The notes beneath the pieces were generated by a model. The model ran no database searches. It was not told the origin of the DNA and was given only the letters and a program-made list of their open reading frames with translations. From Eledone cirrhosa (Eukaryota): a DNA stretch of 64,000 nucleotides. The DNA is taken from the NCBI GenBank assembly GCA_964016885.1, contig OZ024740.1, forward strand, positions 270,878,001-270,942,000, given 5' to 3'. This document shows positions 13,951 through 30,711 of this stretch, one piece after another (position 1 is the first letter of the stretch; each line of letters begins with the position of its first letter). A program made the position numbers and the translations under genes.

Positions 13951-14544
13951 TAAATATATATGTAGATATATATATATAATATTTAAGTCAAATATGTAAA
14001 ATTTGGCTTCGTTTATTATAAATTATAGATATACTGCTATATATATTTCGGTGACAGCCATCATGGCTGTGACGTCTTCAGGCAGTGCGAATTCGTGTGG
14101 TAGAGACAGGTACATATGTCCAGCTCCTGGTTGCGTTGTTATTTCTCTGAGGAACTGGAATCATATGAATTAGAACAAACGAATTTCGGCGTCATAGGAC
14201 ACTCTCTCATCCCATTGCTCAGTTGTGAGAACATTCCTCAGTCAAACGTCTATAGAAATTTTTCTGAGGCAAGAGTTGTAGTTGATTTTGTTTAAGTACA
14301 GCTGACCTCCTCCATTGTGTTGGTAGTGTTAGTGGTGTTAACACCACTAACACTACCAACACAATGGGGTCAGCTAGCAGGTCAGCTGCTGCTATGTTCA
14401 GAAGAATTTGTGTGTAGGGGCTAGTATCTATCCTGCCACCATTTCACGTGGTGGGGGGGGGGGGGCAAACAAATAAAAAAAAAATAAAATGCGTGTGTTA
14501 TAACCAAAATCAAAATTTGAAAGATTTGGAAAGTATTGACTGAA

Positions 14545-14619
<75 letters not shown>

Positions 14620-14807
14620 AGCAGAAATTGATAGATAGAGAGATAGATAGTGATAACCTTTTGGCTAAATTTATGAATTCTTACACATAAAATATAACCA
14701 TGTTAGGTAATAATTAATTAAAATATTTTTAAATATTTCATAGAGCAATATGGAAAACGAAACTAATAATATAACTGCAGATGATATATAATTCGTTATA
14801 TATTTAC

Positions 14808-15036
14808 CTGTACATGTTTGTGTATGTAACTTGTCTTGGATTTTCTTTAAATCATTGAAATTTCCTACAGTTGAAACCATATCTGGGGTAGAGGCGATAT
14901 CTCTCAGTTCTTGATGGTCAATTCCTCTGCCAATTCCAATGGCAAATACCTGTATGTTTGTTTTGTGGATCAAGTCCGCCTCACGTCTGGTAAATCCTTT
15001 GTTGACTGATTGTCCGTCTGTAACCACTACCAGGAC
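14808..15036 (-). CDS. Exon 7: VWA domain 2, C-terminal part
   Basis: tttgtag acceptor, G|gtaaat donor, 229 nt; paralogous to exon 3. Confidence 0.93.
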
Positions 15037-16113
15037 CTACAAATTCAACATCAGCATTGTTTCATCAGGTTAATATTTGTTGTATCTGTACACGGCTATA
15101 TGAGGTTCATTAAAACATATTAACGTCTACTCTTCTCACCTTCCACAAATGTACCGGACTATGACGAAAATTGTACTTGAATCAGATCGAAACCATTTTC
15201 AATGATGATACATCCTTCATTCTCTTAATGTCATGAAACACACTTTTAGAAATATTTCGCTATGCATATATTTTTCTGTTTGAATGGATTGGTTTCTAAT
15301 AACTGAAATCGTGAATGATGTAATTTTTTGTTAACAAGAGCTAGGAATACGAACTCGTTTCATCTAATATTTTCACTGATATCTTCAATACCATGAATGG
15401 ATTCAGTATTAATATGGTAGAAAATTTCAAAAATTAATATTTCATAGGATGTTTAAATTTAAAATAAAATAACTTTATAGTGTGAACAAAATTTGACAAA
15501 TTTAATGACAAATTTAATTTTACATTGTGACTCAAATTGCTTCAAATTGTTATCAATACTCTCTACCGTCATAAAATAGACACATTAGATAGTGTACAAC
15601 GGTACAACAATAACAGACGGTATTATCACAACAGGATCTTTTTGTCCACTGTTTAATGGACCAGAGATGGGTGTTATGGAGCAAGTGTGAGCATACGAAG
15701 GTAGACTGAACATGAAGGAATCATGCTAGAGTTGTAAAATCTTATTGTTCCTTCTTGTTGTTTCTTTTCAGGGACTATCATTAAAAATAAACCTCATTTG
15801 GACATTCTATGAGAGTATCTTAGTCAGCCTATGAACTTTTCAGGTGACTCTCGTATATAAGAATTTATTTGTGTTTTGTTGAGAGCAAGCGTGTTTTACT
15901 TAGTATTATTACAGAAATTCATTGTTTTGGGTTTTATTCAATTAGAATCCAAATTATCTTCTACGTATTGATAAGGCATTTTGGATTTTAGAGTGAATTT
16001 CAGTCCCTCGAATATATATTCACGTAATAAGCGACTACATGAATTGAACCTAAACATATATGTCTGAAAACTTCGACTGTACCAAGAGCGTATACGGTTT
16101 TTAAAATACTTAC

Positions 16114-16454
16114 CTGAGTAACATTTTTACGTCCTCCATGTTGAGGAGAGAAAGCTGTAGTTCTTGCAAATGCCAAAGCTTTGTTGGTTGCAGTCCCTCC
16201 ACCATGAAATGGGATAGCATTAATAGCATTTTTAAGAGCCTGCTTGTTATATATTTGGTTAAGCTTAATCTTTGGCATAACCATATTATCAAATGATGTT
16301 ACTCCAACTTGAACTCGTTTTGGACCAATATTAAAGCTGTCTACGAAACTGCTCACAAATTGAAGAATTATCTTGAAATTTCCTGCATTAACACTTCCAG
16401 AAGTATCCACCAAAAAGACTAAGTCAAGAGGATTTTCTTTACAGTCAACAATGT
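16114..16454 (-). CDS. Exon 6: VWA domain 2, N-terminal part (MIDAS DTSGS)
   Basis: ttttctgtag acceptor, CAG|gtaagt donor, 341 nt, phase 1->0; paralogous to exon 2. Confidence 0.93.
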
Positions 16455-16512
16455 CTACAGAAAAGAAGAAAGGTTGAATCAATCACTAATTGCTGTATAT
16501 ACACACATACAC

Positions 16513-16621
<109 letters not shown>

Positions 16622-16721
16622 AAAACACCAGGATTTTTTCAATCTGATGACTAAAAGCAGATTTGTTTGCTTTCAAGAAACCATTGGTAAATGAAATAAT
16701 TATCTTATGTTGTTTATTACA

Positions 16722-16770
<49 letters not shown>

Positions 16771-17316
16771 CAAATTCAAGACCGAATGACATATATAGAA
16801 ATATATAAAACAATACACAGGAGATAATTTGCAGACAATGAAAGAAACATTAATTACAAATGACCAACATAGACAGTCTAACAAAATATCAAATGGTACT
16901 TACCGAACCCCATATAATTATTTTACTCTCACGTACATAACTCCTTAATGGCTACAGGACCATGTTTCACATTTGAAATGGTTAAGTTCAATGTTTAGCT
17001 AGGATCATCAGCGAGAGGGAGATAGAGCTAATCATATGAACATATACATCTAAGTAAAACTAAGAACTGGCCAAAACGCTCACGGAGTTAGGAAAATAAA
17101 AGCACCCCTCAGTTTTGTCTACGTGAGGTGAATAGCTAGAAATAGCAGCCGAAAATCCATTCAACAATAAGAAGCTTGACCTAATACAAATGTAGGATCA
17201 TATCTATAATACTGAAATGAATAAAGATGTCGTTCCAGTAAAATTACAGACATGCACCATATCACTTGTAATGAAAGCTTATTAAATATATACATATATA
17301 TATGTACATATATATA

Positions 17317-17367
<51 letters not shown>

Positions 17368-17412
17368 GTACATATATCTCTATATATATATCTATATATA
17401 TATATATGTACA

Positions 17413-17456
<44 letters not shown>

Positions 17457-17464
17457 CATATATC

Positions 17465-17495
<31 letters not shown>

Positions 17496-17504
17496 GTACA
17501 TATA

Positions 17505-17542
<38 letters not shown>

Positions 17543-17687
17543 TATATCTATATATATATATATATATATATATGTACATATATCTATATATATATATATA
17601 TATATGTACATATATCTATATATATATATATATATATGTACATATATCTATATATATATATATATATATGTACATATATCTATATAT

Positions 17688-18810
17688 AGGTGTTTCCTCA
17701 AAAACCAGTATGACTCTAAAAACCGGTTTGTCTGTGTGTTTACATACAGAATAGCTGGACACTCACAGTAAAGTGACCAGTGAAAAACTCGGTACATCTA
17801 CATATGTATACGTGTGTGTATTCATATGCATACTAGTATTTCAGTATACATATGTGGATGTACATTTTTAACTTAATTGTTTAAGCGTCAGTCATACAAA
17901 AGTGAGTTACAAACGAAACGAAATTTAATTTCGTTTCGTTATTTGTTTTTATCGTCTCCGTTGAACCGGTACGTACTCACGCTCTATGCAAATTGGTCTG
18001 CCCACTACTAATTTTCATAGAAAAAGCATATAACGATATGTGCTTTTACGATTCTCTAGAAAGGCCGGAAGATAGGTAAATATTGCTGATGAGTTGTAAC
18101 AACAACGAAACTAGTTCAATATTCCTTGTCTGGCTTTCTGGAGAATAGAGGTAAGGTGTTTCCTCAAAAACCAGTATGACTCTAAAAACCGGTTTGTCTG
18201 TGTGTTTACATACAGAATAGCTGGACACTCACAGTAAAGTGACCAGTGAAAAACTCGGTACATCTACATATGTATACGTGTGTGTATTCATATGCATACT
18301 AGTATTTCAGTATACATATGTGGATGTACATTTTTAACTTAATTGTTTAAGCGTCAGTCATACAAAAGTGAGTTACAAACGAAACGAAATTTAATTTCGT
18401 TTCGTTATTTGTTTTTATCGTCTCCGTTGAACCGGTACGTACTCACGCTCTATGCAAATTGGTCTGCCCACTACTAATTTTCATAGAAAAAGCATATAAC
18501 GATATGTGCTTTTACGATTCTCTAGAAAGGCCGGAAGATAGGTAAATATTGCTGATGAGTTGTAACAACAACGAAACTAGTTCAATATTCCTTGTCTGGC
18601 TTTCTGGAGAATAGAGGAAAGGTGTTTCCTCAAAAACCAGTATGACTCTAAAAACCGGTTTGTCTGTGTGTTTACATACAGAATAGCTGGACACTCACAG
18701 TAAAGTGACCAGTGAAAAACTCGGTACATCTACATATGTATACGTGTGTGTATTCATATGCATACTAGTATTTCAGTATACATATGTGGATGTACATTTT
18801 TAACTTAATT
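17688..18810 (+). repeat. Tandem array, 466-bp unit x about 2.4, HHR in each full unit
   Basis: Near-identical units starting about 17688, 18154 and 18620; (TA)-rich tracts on both flanks. Confidence 0.92.
18079..18123 (+). ncRNA. Minimal type-I hammerhead ribozyme (second copy 18545-18589)
   Basis: AATATTG-CTGATGA-GTTG(taacaa)CAAC-GAAA-CTAG-TT-CAATATT. Confidence 0.85.
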
Positions 18811-18833
18811 ATCTATATATATATATATATATA

Positions 18834-18875
<42 letters not shown>

Positions 18876-18911
18876 TATATGTACATATATATATATATAT
18901 ATATAGATATA

Positions 18912-18953
<42 letters not shown>

Positions 18954-19063
18954 TATATGTACATATATCTCTATATATATATATATATATGTACATATAT
19001 CTCTATATATATATATATATATGTACATATATCTATATATATATATATATATATGTACATATA

Positions 19064-19127
<64 letters not shown>

Positions 19128-19149
19128 TCTATATATATATGTACATATA

Positions 19150-19205
<56 letters not shown>

Positions 19206-19213
19206 CATATATC

Positions 19214-19247
<34 letters not shown>

Positions 19248-19448
19248 GGAACGAGTAGGACCCCGACGGCTGAGCTCAAGCCGTTTCGACGGCTGAGCTC
19301 AAGCCGTTTCGACGGCTAATTAGCCGTCGAAACGGCTTGAGCTCAGCCGTCGGGGTCCTACTCGTTCCTAATACCCACTCTACTACCCTAAGTATTGAGT
19401 ACTTTGGTGCGTTATGGTCCACCTGGTTCCTTACCACATTTCTTCCGT

Positions 19449-21748
<2,300 letters not shown>

Positions 21749-22783
21749 TAAACCAGCTTCATAATTATAATTATCTTATATTGGTCATTGCAATGCATTG
21801 CTAAAAATAGCGCCTACGTGTCCACCAGTTGCACGTCCAAAACTACGTTCCTTCAGTCAGTGTGTGGGGGGGGGGGGGTGAGGTCAAGTGAGGTATCCGG
21901 TGTTTTGCAATGTATAGCTAAAAATAGCGCCCGCATAATTGCGACCCACCCTGCTGTCAGTGTGGAGGGGGGGGGGGCATTTTTGTGAAGTCAAATCAGA
22001 CATCTGCTCTGTCTAATGCACTAGACATGGCGTGGAAGTCGGCTATCAAGAAATCACATGCTTCATTTTTGGCTTATATTTTTAAAAATGATAAAAACGA
22101 CATGGATGTAAATCGATCTAGGTCGAAATTGCGCGACCCTTAATATGGCGCCCGTGGCATGTGCCCTGTTTGCCACACCCTAGCTACGCCACTGCGTACA
22201 TGAATATGATATTCAAATAACGCATGCTTTAGATGGCAATGGAGAGTAATCCATAACACTTATGGTTCAAAATAATTTGAAATAAATGTAAACCTCCGTT
22301 TGTGGACACATTGCAAAACGTTAATTGGGTTCGTCACATATTACATATATTCCTTATAAATTGTCTGGGGTGAGTTACTTCCCTGGATCCCTTGAGCTAA
22401 CTAACGTAAACCTTACATAGTTTGATATGTTTTATTATTTAACAAGATGGTTGAGTATGTGAGTATATATGTAAGACTTCCAAACGAGTATCCTCTACCT
22501 CGTGGTTGTGGTCAACAGGACGAGAATACATTGCCCCGGAGAACGGCGAGGGAGATGCGCTAGAACAACCACTCCACTTCCTGGGGCTCACACATACGGG
22601 CAACCAACTCCGCTCAACTATGCAGCAAAAGCAACGCTGTATAGTTAAGTACTGAGTTCGGTGTCATTACGGAGAACCTTAAAGTAATGAATATTCCAGT
22701 ATAGCCTAAAGTTGATGAATATCTCCTTGAGTTCAGAAACCCGCTGTATATATGTAAGTGTACGTATATGTGCCTGTCTAGGT

Positions 22784-23185
22784 TAGAGGTTCTTAAAGTG
22801 AGCTCTGCCGCCCCTGGGGGGCGTTGAGGAGGTCCAGAGGGCGCTGGGACGGGTGTCGGTAGTGAGGATGTAATGGTACATTAAATACCAAATGATACAT
22901 ATATATGAATATAACGAAATAAAAAATGCATATTTATTTATACAAACTACATATATCATTTATTATATTGGGTCATCAAGTATGAAATTTATAGAAATTT
23001 GTTTTTTCTCTACAAATCTCTACAAATTTCATACTTGACGATCCAATATATGAATTAACGGTTTTATTTATACATTATTTACAATTTGCGTGTAGGCAGG
23101 TCTCTTTGGAAATAGGGTTGGGGGCGCTGAAGGTTTTATGTGTCCGTGAAGTGTGGAGGTGGCCCAACACGTTTGAGAACCTCCT
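22784..23185. mobile_element. Non-autonomous hAT (Buster/Charlie-like) MITE
   Basis: TIR-like tagaggttcttaaa...tttgagaacctcct; 8-bp TSD GTCTAGGT. Confidence 0.75.
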
Positions 23186-23370
23186 GTCTAGGTGATTACA
23201 TTAGTGGATATTCTGTGAGCTTTTATATGCCGTAACTTAGCATTAAAGCAAATAGAGATCGATAAAATTAGTATTATACTCTATAGAAATATTGAGTTGC
23301 TATGATCGACTAAAATCATTCAGGACGTTTCACCAACATGATTGTAGGCCCCATTGACTAGAGCCTGTAA

Positions 23371-23561
23371 AATAATTGTTTCCACTTTTTGGCACAAGGC
23401 CAGCAATTAACCAGTGCATTACTGGTACATTATTTTATCGACCCCGTAAGGATGAAAGGCAAAGTTAACCTCTGCGGGATTTGAACTCAGAATTGCAAGG
23501 GTCGTAACTCTATGCGTCAAAGCATGGCGTCCGACCCTCTACCGATACTGCCAATCCACCG
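23371..23561 (-). mobile_element. SINE copy
   Basis: TSD GAGCCTGTAAAATAAT. Confidence 0.87.
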
Positions 23562-25411
23562 GAGCCTGTAAAATAATGTGTATCTGTATGTCAAATATGT
23601 CACATCCTTAGAAAAGTGGCAGATTCATGGTTAACAATTATGGTGCCATATAATTTTCTTAAATTATTTATTGGAGAATTTTGCTATGTTTCGTTTAAAA
23701 ATGGTAAAATTAAAATAAAATTTAAAGTACAAATTGATTAAGAATGAAAATGAATGTGCAGTGTATGTTTTGAAATGTATCACTGTATAAAATTTAATCA
23801 GGTCCCTCTTGAATGCTACTGGTAACATGTAACCCAGTACAACCTGTCGCATAGTCGGATCGTCGGTGATTAAACCGGCAACCCCACCAAGTTTACTTGG
23901 TGAGGAGGGTGATTTTGGACACCCTGCAGGACAAAAAACAAAACCTGACAAAGGGAAGAAAAACTCATAAGAGTCAACGGCCATCTAAAAAAAAAATCCT
24001 GCCGAAACAATGGGTGGCAGTAGTTCTTGCTTCACGCATCGAAAGACTCGTGTAGTGGTTCTGAGAACAATGCGGCTTTGCAGATGATCAATGCAAATTG
24101 ACAATGGAAAGGCGCTCCTGCTCGAGTTAGAAGAGAACTATTGACCTTCAGGAGAAGCAATGACCCCTGATTGTATTCAGCAACCGAAACAAATAATAAA
24201 ATACACCAAATCCAATGCTCCCAGGGGCAGCCCTGGTTCTTCTTATTTGCGAGTGTAAACTGGGCCAGATTAGATTAGAGATTAGATAGTCAGAGATTGT
24301 TTTGTACATTGCAACTCATCAAGGAAAAATTCCTGAAGTGGCTGCACTTTTGAGAATTTATGAATTACATCTAAATACTCAATAGATTTATTAAGATTAG
24401 TAGGTATGAGAATGTTCTCATAATCCATGTGTTTAGTTCAATTTCTGTGCTATTTAAATTTTTAAAGGATCTTCCGCTTAATATTGAATGCAGTACCATA
24501 TTTTTCCATTGTTAAAACACATTTGAATTAATTTGTTCCTTTTTCCTGTTTGTGAATGAAAATGTACGTTTGAAATATTTCCTTTTCAATTTACACACCT
24601 TTATGTTGGTATCTTGGCTTGTCTTTTGTTTTTGATTTTATGTGACCCCTACCATATACATATTTGCGTCAGAGCTGTATGACTGGTGTATGGGGAATGA
24701 GACTTTGTATTTTTTTTTGGGGGGGGGGGGGTCCACAAACAGCTTACATAAGTAGCTTTAATTGGATGACTTGTAATTAAGTTTTTCATATGGGTGTTAC
24801 ATCTCTAGATTAGTATTAAATTATTTCAACAGAAATATGTTTCTGTTGGAGAAGTTAAAGGTGGAATTTATTATTGCTAAGAAAATATCTCTTGCCTCTA
24901 ACATCTGGCCAATGATATTCGTTTCTAAATCAAAACTGTCTTTTCTCTATTGGTCTATATCTGTTTGTCAGGAATTTGTTACGTTTAGCGTAAGGATGCT
25001 GAAAATATTGCATATATTTGTAATTCAGAACGATCCAATGCTCGCATAAATATATCTTGTGAAGCTCTGGATTTGAGCCCGAAACTGAGCTTTTGACAAA
25101 AGCAACATTTTCCTGACAGGAATAATGATATCAATATCTATGTCGTCTGTCGTATTACATATCGATAAGTACCGGTAAGTAAAAATTTCGAAAGGAATGT
25201 AATATTAAATTGTGTAAACTAGGCCTCACTTTATTGTTAATCTGTTTGAACAAACTAATGATGCCATGCTATCATCTCATTGCTGGAGAGTAGTTACTTC
25301 TCGGATTTTATCGGTAATATTGTTAAAAATGTTATCTACTGATTAATCCAGTGCCGCTTCTCAGCAGAATTGGTTAACATACATTTCTTGTTAGAGGCAA
25401 AACTCTTATAT

Positions 25412-25601
25412 TGGTGGTTTGGCAGTATCGGTAGAGGGTCGGACGCCATGCTTTGAAACATTGAGTTACGGCCCTTGCCATTCTGAGTTCAAATCCCGCC
25501 GAGGTTAACTTTGCATGTCATCCTTACGAGGTCGATAAAATAAAGTACCAGTAATAGACTGGGTAATTACTGGCCTTGTGCCAAAAGTAGAAACAATTAT
25601 T
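25412..25601 (+). mobile_element. SINE copy
   Basis: Matches the SINE consensus. Confidence 0.85.
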
Positions 25602-25958
25602 TGAGAGGTAGTTTAGGTGAATTTAAACAGTAATCTTCACCTATGCTTATTCTTTGAAATACAGAAAAGAGGCACGCAGCAAAATTAATCAACTACATTT
25701 GGAGGTTGAATATCAAAATAGAGACTCCTGAAAAACTTAAGCTATAAGAAACGGAAGGCAATAACTAATGACTCAAAACCCTTTTCAGTACATGAACGGG
25801 TGGAAGTTGACATCATTTCAAACTATTTCTCGTGGCCGAGTACTAGGGCTTGATTTTCTTCGCTATCTACAGATAGCTATACTCTTTCTGTGAATAGGCA
25901 TTTGACACCAATACTAATTTAATAAACATTCCTATCTCATCAAAAATACGTGAGTGTT

Positions 25959-26006
<48 letters not shown>

Positions 26007-27041
26007 CATATACACACACAATATATATAGATATATAGATATAGATATAGATATGTGTAAATGTGTGTATGCGTGTATTTGTGTGCATAGTACAGAGAAA
26101 TTTCTAAAATGTCTATATTTTCATGTTTGTGTGTTTGTATGTAACTGATTTGTGACACTAACAGTCAACTGTACATGGCAAATGTTTTACTGTATCTAGT
26201 CGTAAATACATAAAGTTCTGCATGAAATAATTTGCACCAAATTTGATTCATTACAGCACTGAAAATAAAGTATCGTATTTTAATTACATAAAACAAAAGA
26301 GATGCCATAAAAGACATATACACATATGCACGTGTACGCATACACACATACAGTCATACACAAATAAAATGGTACATCAAACGCCTTCCCATAGCAAACA
26401 ATTCCAAATAGATATAGCAATCAGTTACACAAAGGAACTACAACGAACACCTTCCCACAAAAGACGAATGCTCAAATGACTGATTGTATAGGTACCAGTC
26501 TTGGTCGACTCCAAATAAGAGAGTGCTCCAGTAAGGCCGCAGTTTAATTACCGAACCAATAAAAGATTAAATGTATAATCTTCGCTTATATTTTCATTAA
26601 TATAAAAAATACACCTGACTAGTATTGCTTCTTTTTTTTGGGGGGGGGGGGGGGGACGAAATATTTTTTAAATGTTAAATTTCTAATCTAATAACATATT
26701 TAATATACTTTTTATTATGAGTTGAAATGTTAGTTTCATATTTCTTTTTTTTACTATGTATGTGTACGCGTGTGTGTAAGCGTGTGTGTATGTGTAATGA
26801 CTGTCCAATTATGTAGACATGAAACTAATATGGTCGATATGGTAGAAACACACATGCAAATGCATCATGTGAAAATATGCGTGTTGATAAGTCGATCGTT
26901 ATATAGAAAAGGAAGGAAATAGTCAAGAAAGCAAAACTAGATGTTTTTTGTAAGTGGAAAGGGATGTCTCGGGGGGGGGGGGGAATAATTGATCCAAAAA
27001 CGTAAAAGACTATGTGAGAACAAATGTGTGATGGTGTCGAA

Positions 27042-27473
27042 TAGGGGTCTCCGACACGCGACCCGCAAACTACTTTTCAATGTCCCGCAGCAAAATAATT
27101 TTCGTAACAAATATTTTCCTCAGACTTCGTGTTTTTCCCTGTTTTCATAATATTCATAGAACAATTCTTTGCAATTTACCCATGAAAGGGAAGAACTGAA
27201 TTCATCAAAAGTGAAAACAGTAAAAAGGGAATTTACCAAAAATAAAAACGGAATTAAAGAAAATTTAAAAGAGGAAATTTGTCCCCATAAAATTTGTACT
27301 AATTCACATATTCCACTTACTATAATATTCGTATTTATTTTGATGGGAAAAGAAAAATACAGCCAATCAGCTACATTGCAGATTATCATTATAACAGTTG
27401 GAAATCACACGCTCCCTCACCTCACTTTTAGATCGCTGTGCCTTTGCCTCAAAAAGTATTTTTGAGACCCTTA
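27042..27473. mobile_element. Non-autonomous hAT MITE
   Basis: taggggtctc...gagaccctta termini; 8-bp TSD GTGTCGAA/GTGTAGAA. Confidence 0.7.
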
Positions 27474-27802
27474 GTGTAGAATATGGCTAGTCTAGACATC
27501 AATTTTTGCGTGTGTATATGTGTATTGTTTTTAAAAGTGTGTGGCACGACGAGACTGCTATAATTAACCATAAGTCAGAAATCCGAAGACATTTTCTGAA
27601 AACAATAACCTTACCCGAGTGGGTGGATATTTACATAAGTTTGCTTTTATTTTACATTTTATGGACAACAGATGAGATTTATTGTAAAAAAAATCTCATG
27701 TGACTTTTTGGGATATGAAAATGCAAAAGGAAGAGAAAGTCAAGATCTCTTGGGTCACAAAAGAATGAGGAGGGGTAAGTGGAAGGGAGGGGGGCTCTAG
27801 AC

Positions 27803-28080
27803 CTAGGGCGCGGTGAAATTGGGGTTGCGCTCTGCGGACAAAACAACGAAAGCATTCCCGCCGACAATGGCAGGTGACACCCACTGCAACAGCCACCCCA
27901 CCTCGCGGGGCTCCTTCCTCAGATAGGCTGCTGACGTTCTGATCTTGTGGAAGAGCTCAGCAGTACGGGGTCCAAGTACGCCAGAGGTCTCAACGGTGAC
28001 CGGTGCCATAAGGAAGTGTCCCTTCAATCCCCAGTATTTGTTCCTCTTCCTTCCCTCTGCATTGCGGGCCACAGTACCGA
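27803..28080 (-). mobile_element. C-terminal restriction-like endonuclease fragment of a CRE-like non-LTR retrotransposon
   Basis: AExxKxxKY...PVTVETSGVLG...LLQWVSPAIVGGNA matches the RLE tail pattern. Confidence 0.65.
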
Positions 28081-28277
28081 GGTTTGTGGTTGTTCTCTAT
28101 TTTTCCGCTTCCTTGGAAAATTATATTGATGTCTGAATTTATTTATCGGCCCTGGGAGATTTGAAATAAAACTATGAAATGAAACCAAAACTAAATATTG
28201 TTTGGTATTTAGTCTAGAGTCTGACAATTACCTAGCAATTCACCTAATGAATTTATTATAAAATATTATTTACTTAC

Positions 28278-28304
28278 CAGGTTCCTTTGTTGTTGGTGGG
28301 ACGG
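28278..28304 (-). CDS. Exon 5: 27-nt Pro/Thr linker microexon (TVPPTTKEP)
   Basis: tttcag acceptor, gtaagt donor, phase 1-1; same length and relative position as exon 9. Confidence 0.8.
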
Positions 28305-28350
28305 CTGAAATATTAAGTTTCACATTATTAATGTTAATATATAAAAGGGG

Positions 28351-28446
<96 letters not shown>

Positions 28447-29472
28447 CAAATTGTATGTCATAGTTTTGCATTTAGGTAACTGGAATTTTGCATACGAAAT
28501 CTTTTCAAAGAAAAAGTCCTTTACTTATATGAAGTTTTCTGATACTTAAGGAAAAAGAAAGTTCGATGTTTTACTTGAAATGGAGTAATTTAATACACCA
28601 ATTTGAAATCAAAGCATGCTTTGAAAAGAAAATTATAAGTAGAAATTTAATTTAGATTCAATATTTTCCGCATTGGTAGGAATGCACAGATTATGAGTGG
28701 ATCAACAACCTCGGACGGCTTAAACATTGTAGGATTCTTTTTAAAGCAATCTATCCAAAATATAGTTAATTTATGTGTTTGTATTTATTTTAGGTATTAA
28801 TAAACTCGGGTAAGACCGAGTAACGCTGTTAATTAACACATTAATTGAAGGTTATACAAAAGAAGATTATTGCAGTTTCTTGATATTTGCTTTTTCTATA
28901 GACATCTTTAGGCAACAATTTGGCGGAGTAGCTAAAACGTTGAATAGAACGCTTTGGGGTATTCGTTCCGGTTCTCTGCACTCAAATTCTACTGAGCTCA
29001 ACTTTGCATTTTCAAACTTTCAAGATGCCTAAAATAAGTCTCAATCCGGTTCTGGGATCGATTCTTCCTCTATATTTCTTCCTCACTCCTTCTACTCTAG
29101 AAGAAATCGGAAAATATGTATGTTCATACCTGAAGAGGGGATAGGCTCTGCCAGGTTTTAAATGCTCCAATCACATAGTATGTCATTACTTCGTCTCCAC
29201 GACTCTATCAGGAGTTGTGGGTCTTTACATACATATATACAAAGTACTACTATGATATTATAGAGTTAGAGATAACGATTATATCACTAATATAAACGGT
29301 ACAGATTTTATTCTTGCAGGTGAGATGGAAGAAAATATGGAAGTTACATCTAGATGTAAACGTAGAAGTAATTCAATATTTTGCAAAGTATTGCAATCAA
29401 CCCATTATTCATGTTATATCTGTCATATCTATTTGTCTTTTGTTTTCTAAACATACAGGGTGCCCCAAAAGA

Positions 29473-29518
<46 letters not shown>

Positions 29519-29617
29519 GTAATCTAGATTTTCGAATATTAATAATTGTTTCTACTCATTCTCGCTCTTGTGTTGGCATACCATCGGAACTGCAGACACT
29601 AGTAGAGCGATAACTAG

Positions 29618-29700
<83 letters not shown>

Positions 29701-29970
29701 ACACAACAGGAGGAACAATGAATATAACACCACTGACGATGTTGCAGATGTGCAACGAAAGATTTATGTAAACTATATATATATATATGTGTGTGTTTGT
29801 GTCTATATTATATCTGTATTATTTTTGACCGCCGGTCAGTCAATGGCAACATTGAGGACCGAGTAAGTTAGATCGCAGATATAATAAAAGACAGCGAGAA
29901 GCGAAAACCAACCAAACAGTGAGTGTGTTCTGTTATTAATTCTGGCAATATTACGCAAATATGACCCTCC

Positions 29971-30059
<89 letters not shown>

Positions 30060-30081
30060 TATATATATATATATATATTTA

Positions 30082-30161
<80 letters not shown>

Positions 30162-30350
30162 GATATTAAATAAATGGAAACTATATTTATAAAACCATAT
30201 TTATTTCATCATATATATTTCAGGGATATCATATTAACAATATGCTATGCCTTCCTCAGACAAAATACAATATAGACAGTTTTATAGATAAATAGATTTG
30301 ACATACCGTTCAACATCGACTTGTATTTGAAAAGTTGATTTGGCAGTGAA

Positions 30351-30381
<31 letters not shown>

Positions 30382-30561
30382 TACATAAAATAAAGAATTA
30401 GTAATGCATTTGGGTTGGTTTAATCGACTTTCCCTTACCCTAAAATTGTTGGCCTTGTGCCTAAATCAGAAAACATTATTAACGCCAGATGTTATCAAAA
30501 CTTAAACATTCAATAGTTTCGAAATATTAGAAATTAGTGTTTGTAAAACATTTGTACTTAC

Positions 30562-30711
30562 TTGGACACGCTTGTTGGTTACAAGTTTTGTTTTCTACTG
30601 AATGTGCATAACATTTTGTGAGGAGACATTTTCTGGTACGAGTTGCACCACCTGAGCCACAAGAAGCCGTACAGGCAGTCCAAGCACTCCAGTCACCATA
30701 CTGACGTTTAG
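30562..30711 (-). CDS. Exon 4: thrombospondin type-1 repeat 1 (AKRQYGDWSAWTACTASCGSGGATRTRKCLLTKCYAHSVENKTCNQQACP)
   Basis: Not in the ORF track; WxxWxxC, CxxSCG, RxRxC and 6 Cys; 150 nt, phase 1-1, gtaagt donor. Confidence 0.92.

Noticed and set aside
19248-19369. Short palindromic repeats resembling CRISPR repeats or terminators
   Set aside because: Eukaryotic intron context with no repeat-spacer array; explained as fold-back element ends
25412-25505. tRNA-like A/B boxes
   Set aside because: These are SINE heads, not tRNA genes; no cloverleaf, and they are always linked to the SINE body
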